Assembly: GCA_035516035.1 (NCBI GenBank)
Contig: DATJAS010000044.1
Location: 9,026-73,025, forward strand
DNA: 64,000 nt
Direction: 5' to 3'
Source: Bacteroidota bacterium
GTDB taxonomy: Bacteria; Bacteroidota; Ignavibacteria; UBA10030; UBA6906
Below are positions 63,841-64,000 of the stretch, piece after piece. How positions within the stretch are numbered: the first letter of the stretch is position 1; each line of letters begins with the position of its first letter. The notes under the pieces are model-generated. The model was not told the DNA's origin. It saw only the letters and a program-made list of their open reading frames with translations, and ran no database searches. A program made the translations under genes and the position numbers.

Positions 63841-64000
63841 CGCAATTTGCTCCGCAGAATTCGCCCCCAATGACAGATAATATTCCGCGGCAATTCCCCT
63901 CACTTGCCCTTCCTTTTTCTGTTCTGTAGGTTTGCTACACGGCATCAGCGTAGCCGGGAAAGTTGCCGGGACAATCCTGCATTTACCATGGCTATCTCAC

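Overview
This is a high-GC (~65%) bacterial chromosomal window, mostly housekeeping genes with a few accessory loci. A type IX secretion C-terminal sorting domain on a secreted quinoprotein dehydrogenase, a GWxTD-like protein and intergenic 'gtcattgcgag...gaagcaatc' repeats (the ones giving spurious DCFASLAMT ORFs) suggest an FCB-superphylum-like organism. I could not pin the lineage down further. I found no rRNA, tRNA, CRISPR array, integrase or transposase.

Housekeeping genes in order:
- an ABC exporter co-directional with thyA and folA;
- a tripartite efflux set (HlyD adaptor, FtsX permease, TolC) behind a perfect sigma-70 promoter;
- RluE-type pseudouridine synthase, glycosylasparaginase, a DUF1684 lipoprotein, a GT4 glycosyltransferase, DinB, MutS and a fused homocysteine S-methyltransferase/MTHFR;
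- a minus-strand block carrying aguB, aguA, pyruvate:ferredoxin oxidoreductase and a DHOD-like gene;
- a family-4 uracil-DNA glycosylase and a patatin.

Accessory or unusual loci, by position:
1. 4563-6449: a secreted protein built from four ~125-aa tandem repeats of an unrecognised domain.
2. 24741-27257: three co-directional membrane-anchored proteins, the largest with a PilX_N-like N-terminus, that may be a minor-pilin set.
3. 30110-36687: a plus-strand cluster of a RimK-like ATP-grasp ligase, a YbdK/GCS2 carboxylate-amine ligase, an M29 aminopeptidase, a glutathionylspermidine-synthase-like ATP-grasp protein and a secreted oligoendopeptidase F. I suspect it makes and recycles an unknown small peptide or amide.
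4. ~36700-41080: a ~4.4 kb lower-GC island holding a PQQ-propeller lipoprotein, hypothetical secreted proteins, an orphan HigA antitoxin and a gene broken by one in-frame TGA.
5. 49037-61496: an ECF sigma regulon with a partner-switching module upstream. It runs GAF-PP2C phosphatase, RsbW-like kinase, STAS antagonist, ECF sigma and a Cys-less anti-sigma. Downstream come three 21-nt-phased direct repeats, a membrane-anchored protein of ~38 nonapeptide repeats, a 976-aa secreted HExxH/propeller protein, a PrsW protease, a tandem ABM protein and an active/inactive M16 peptidase pair.

The short repeat family sits at three or four intergenic sites and supplies the start codon of the M29 peptidase gene. 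Function calls rest on motifs I can read in the translations, and domain names are by recall, not database search.
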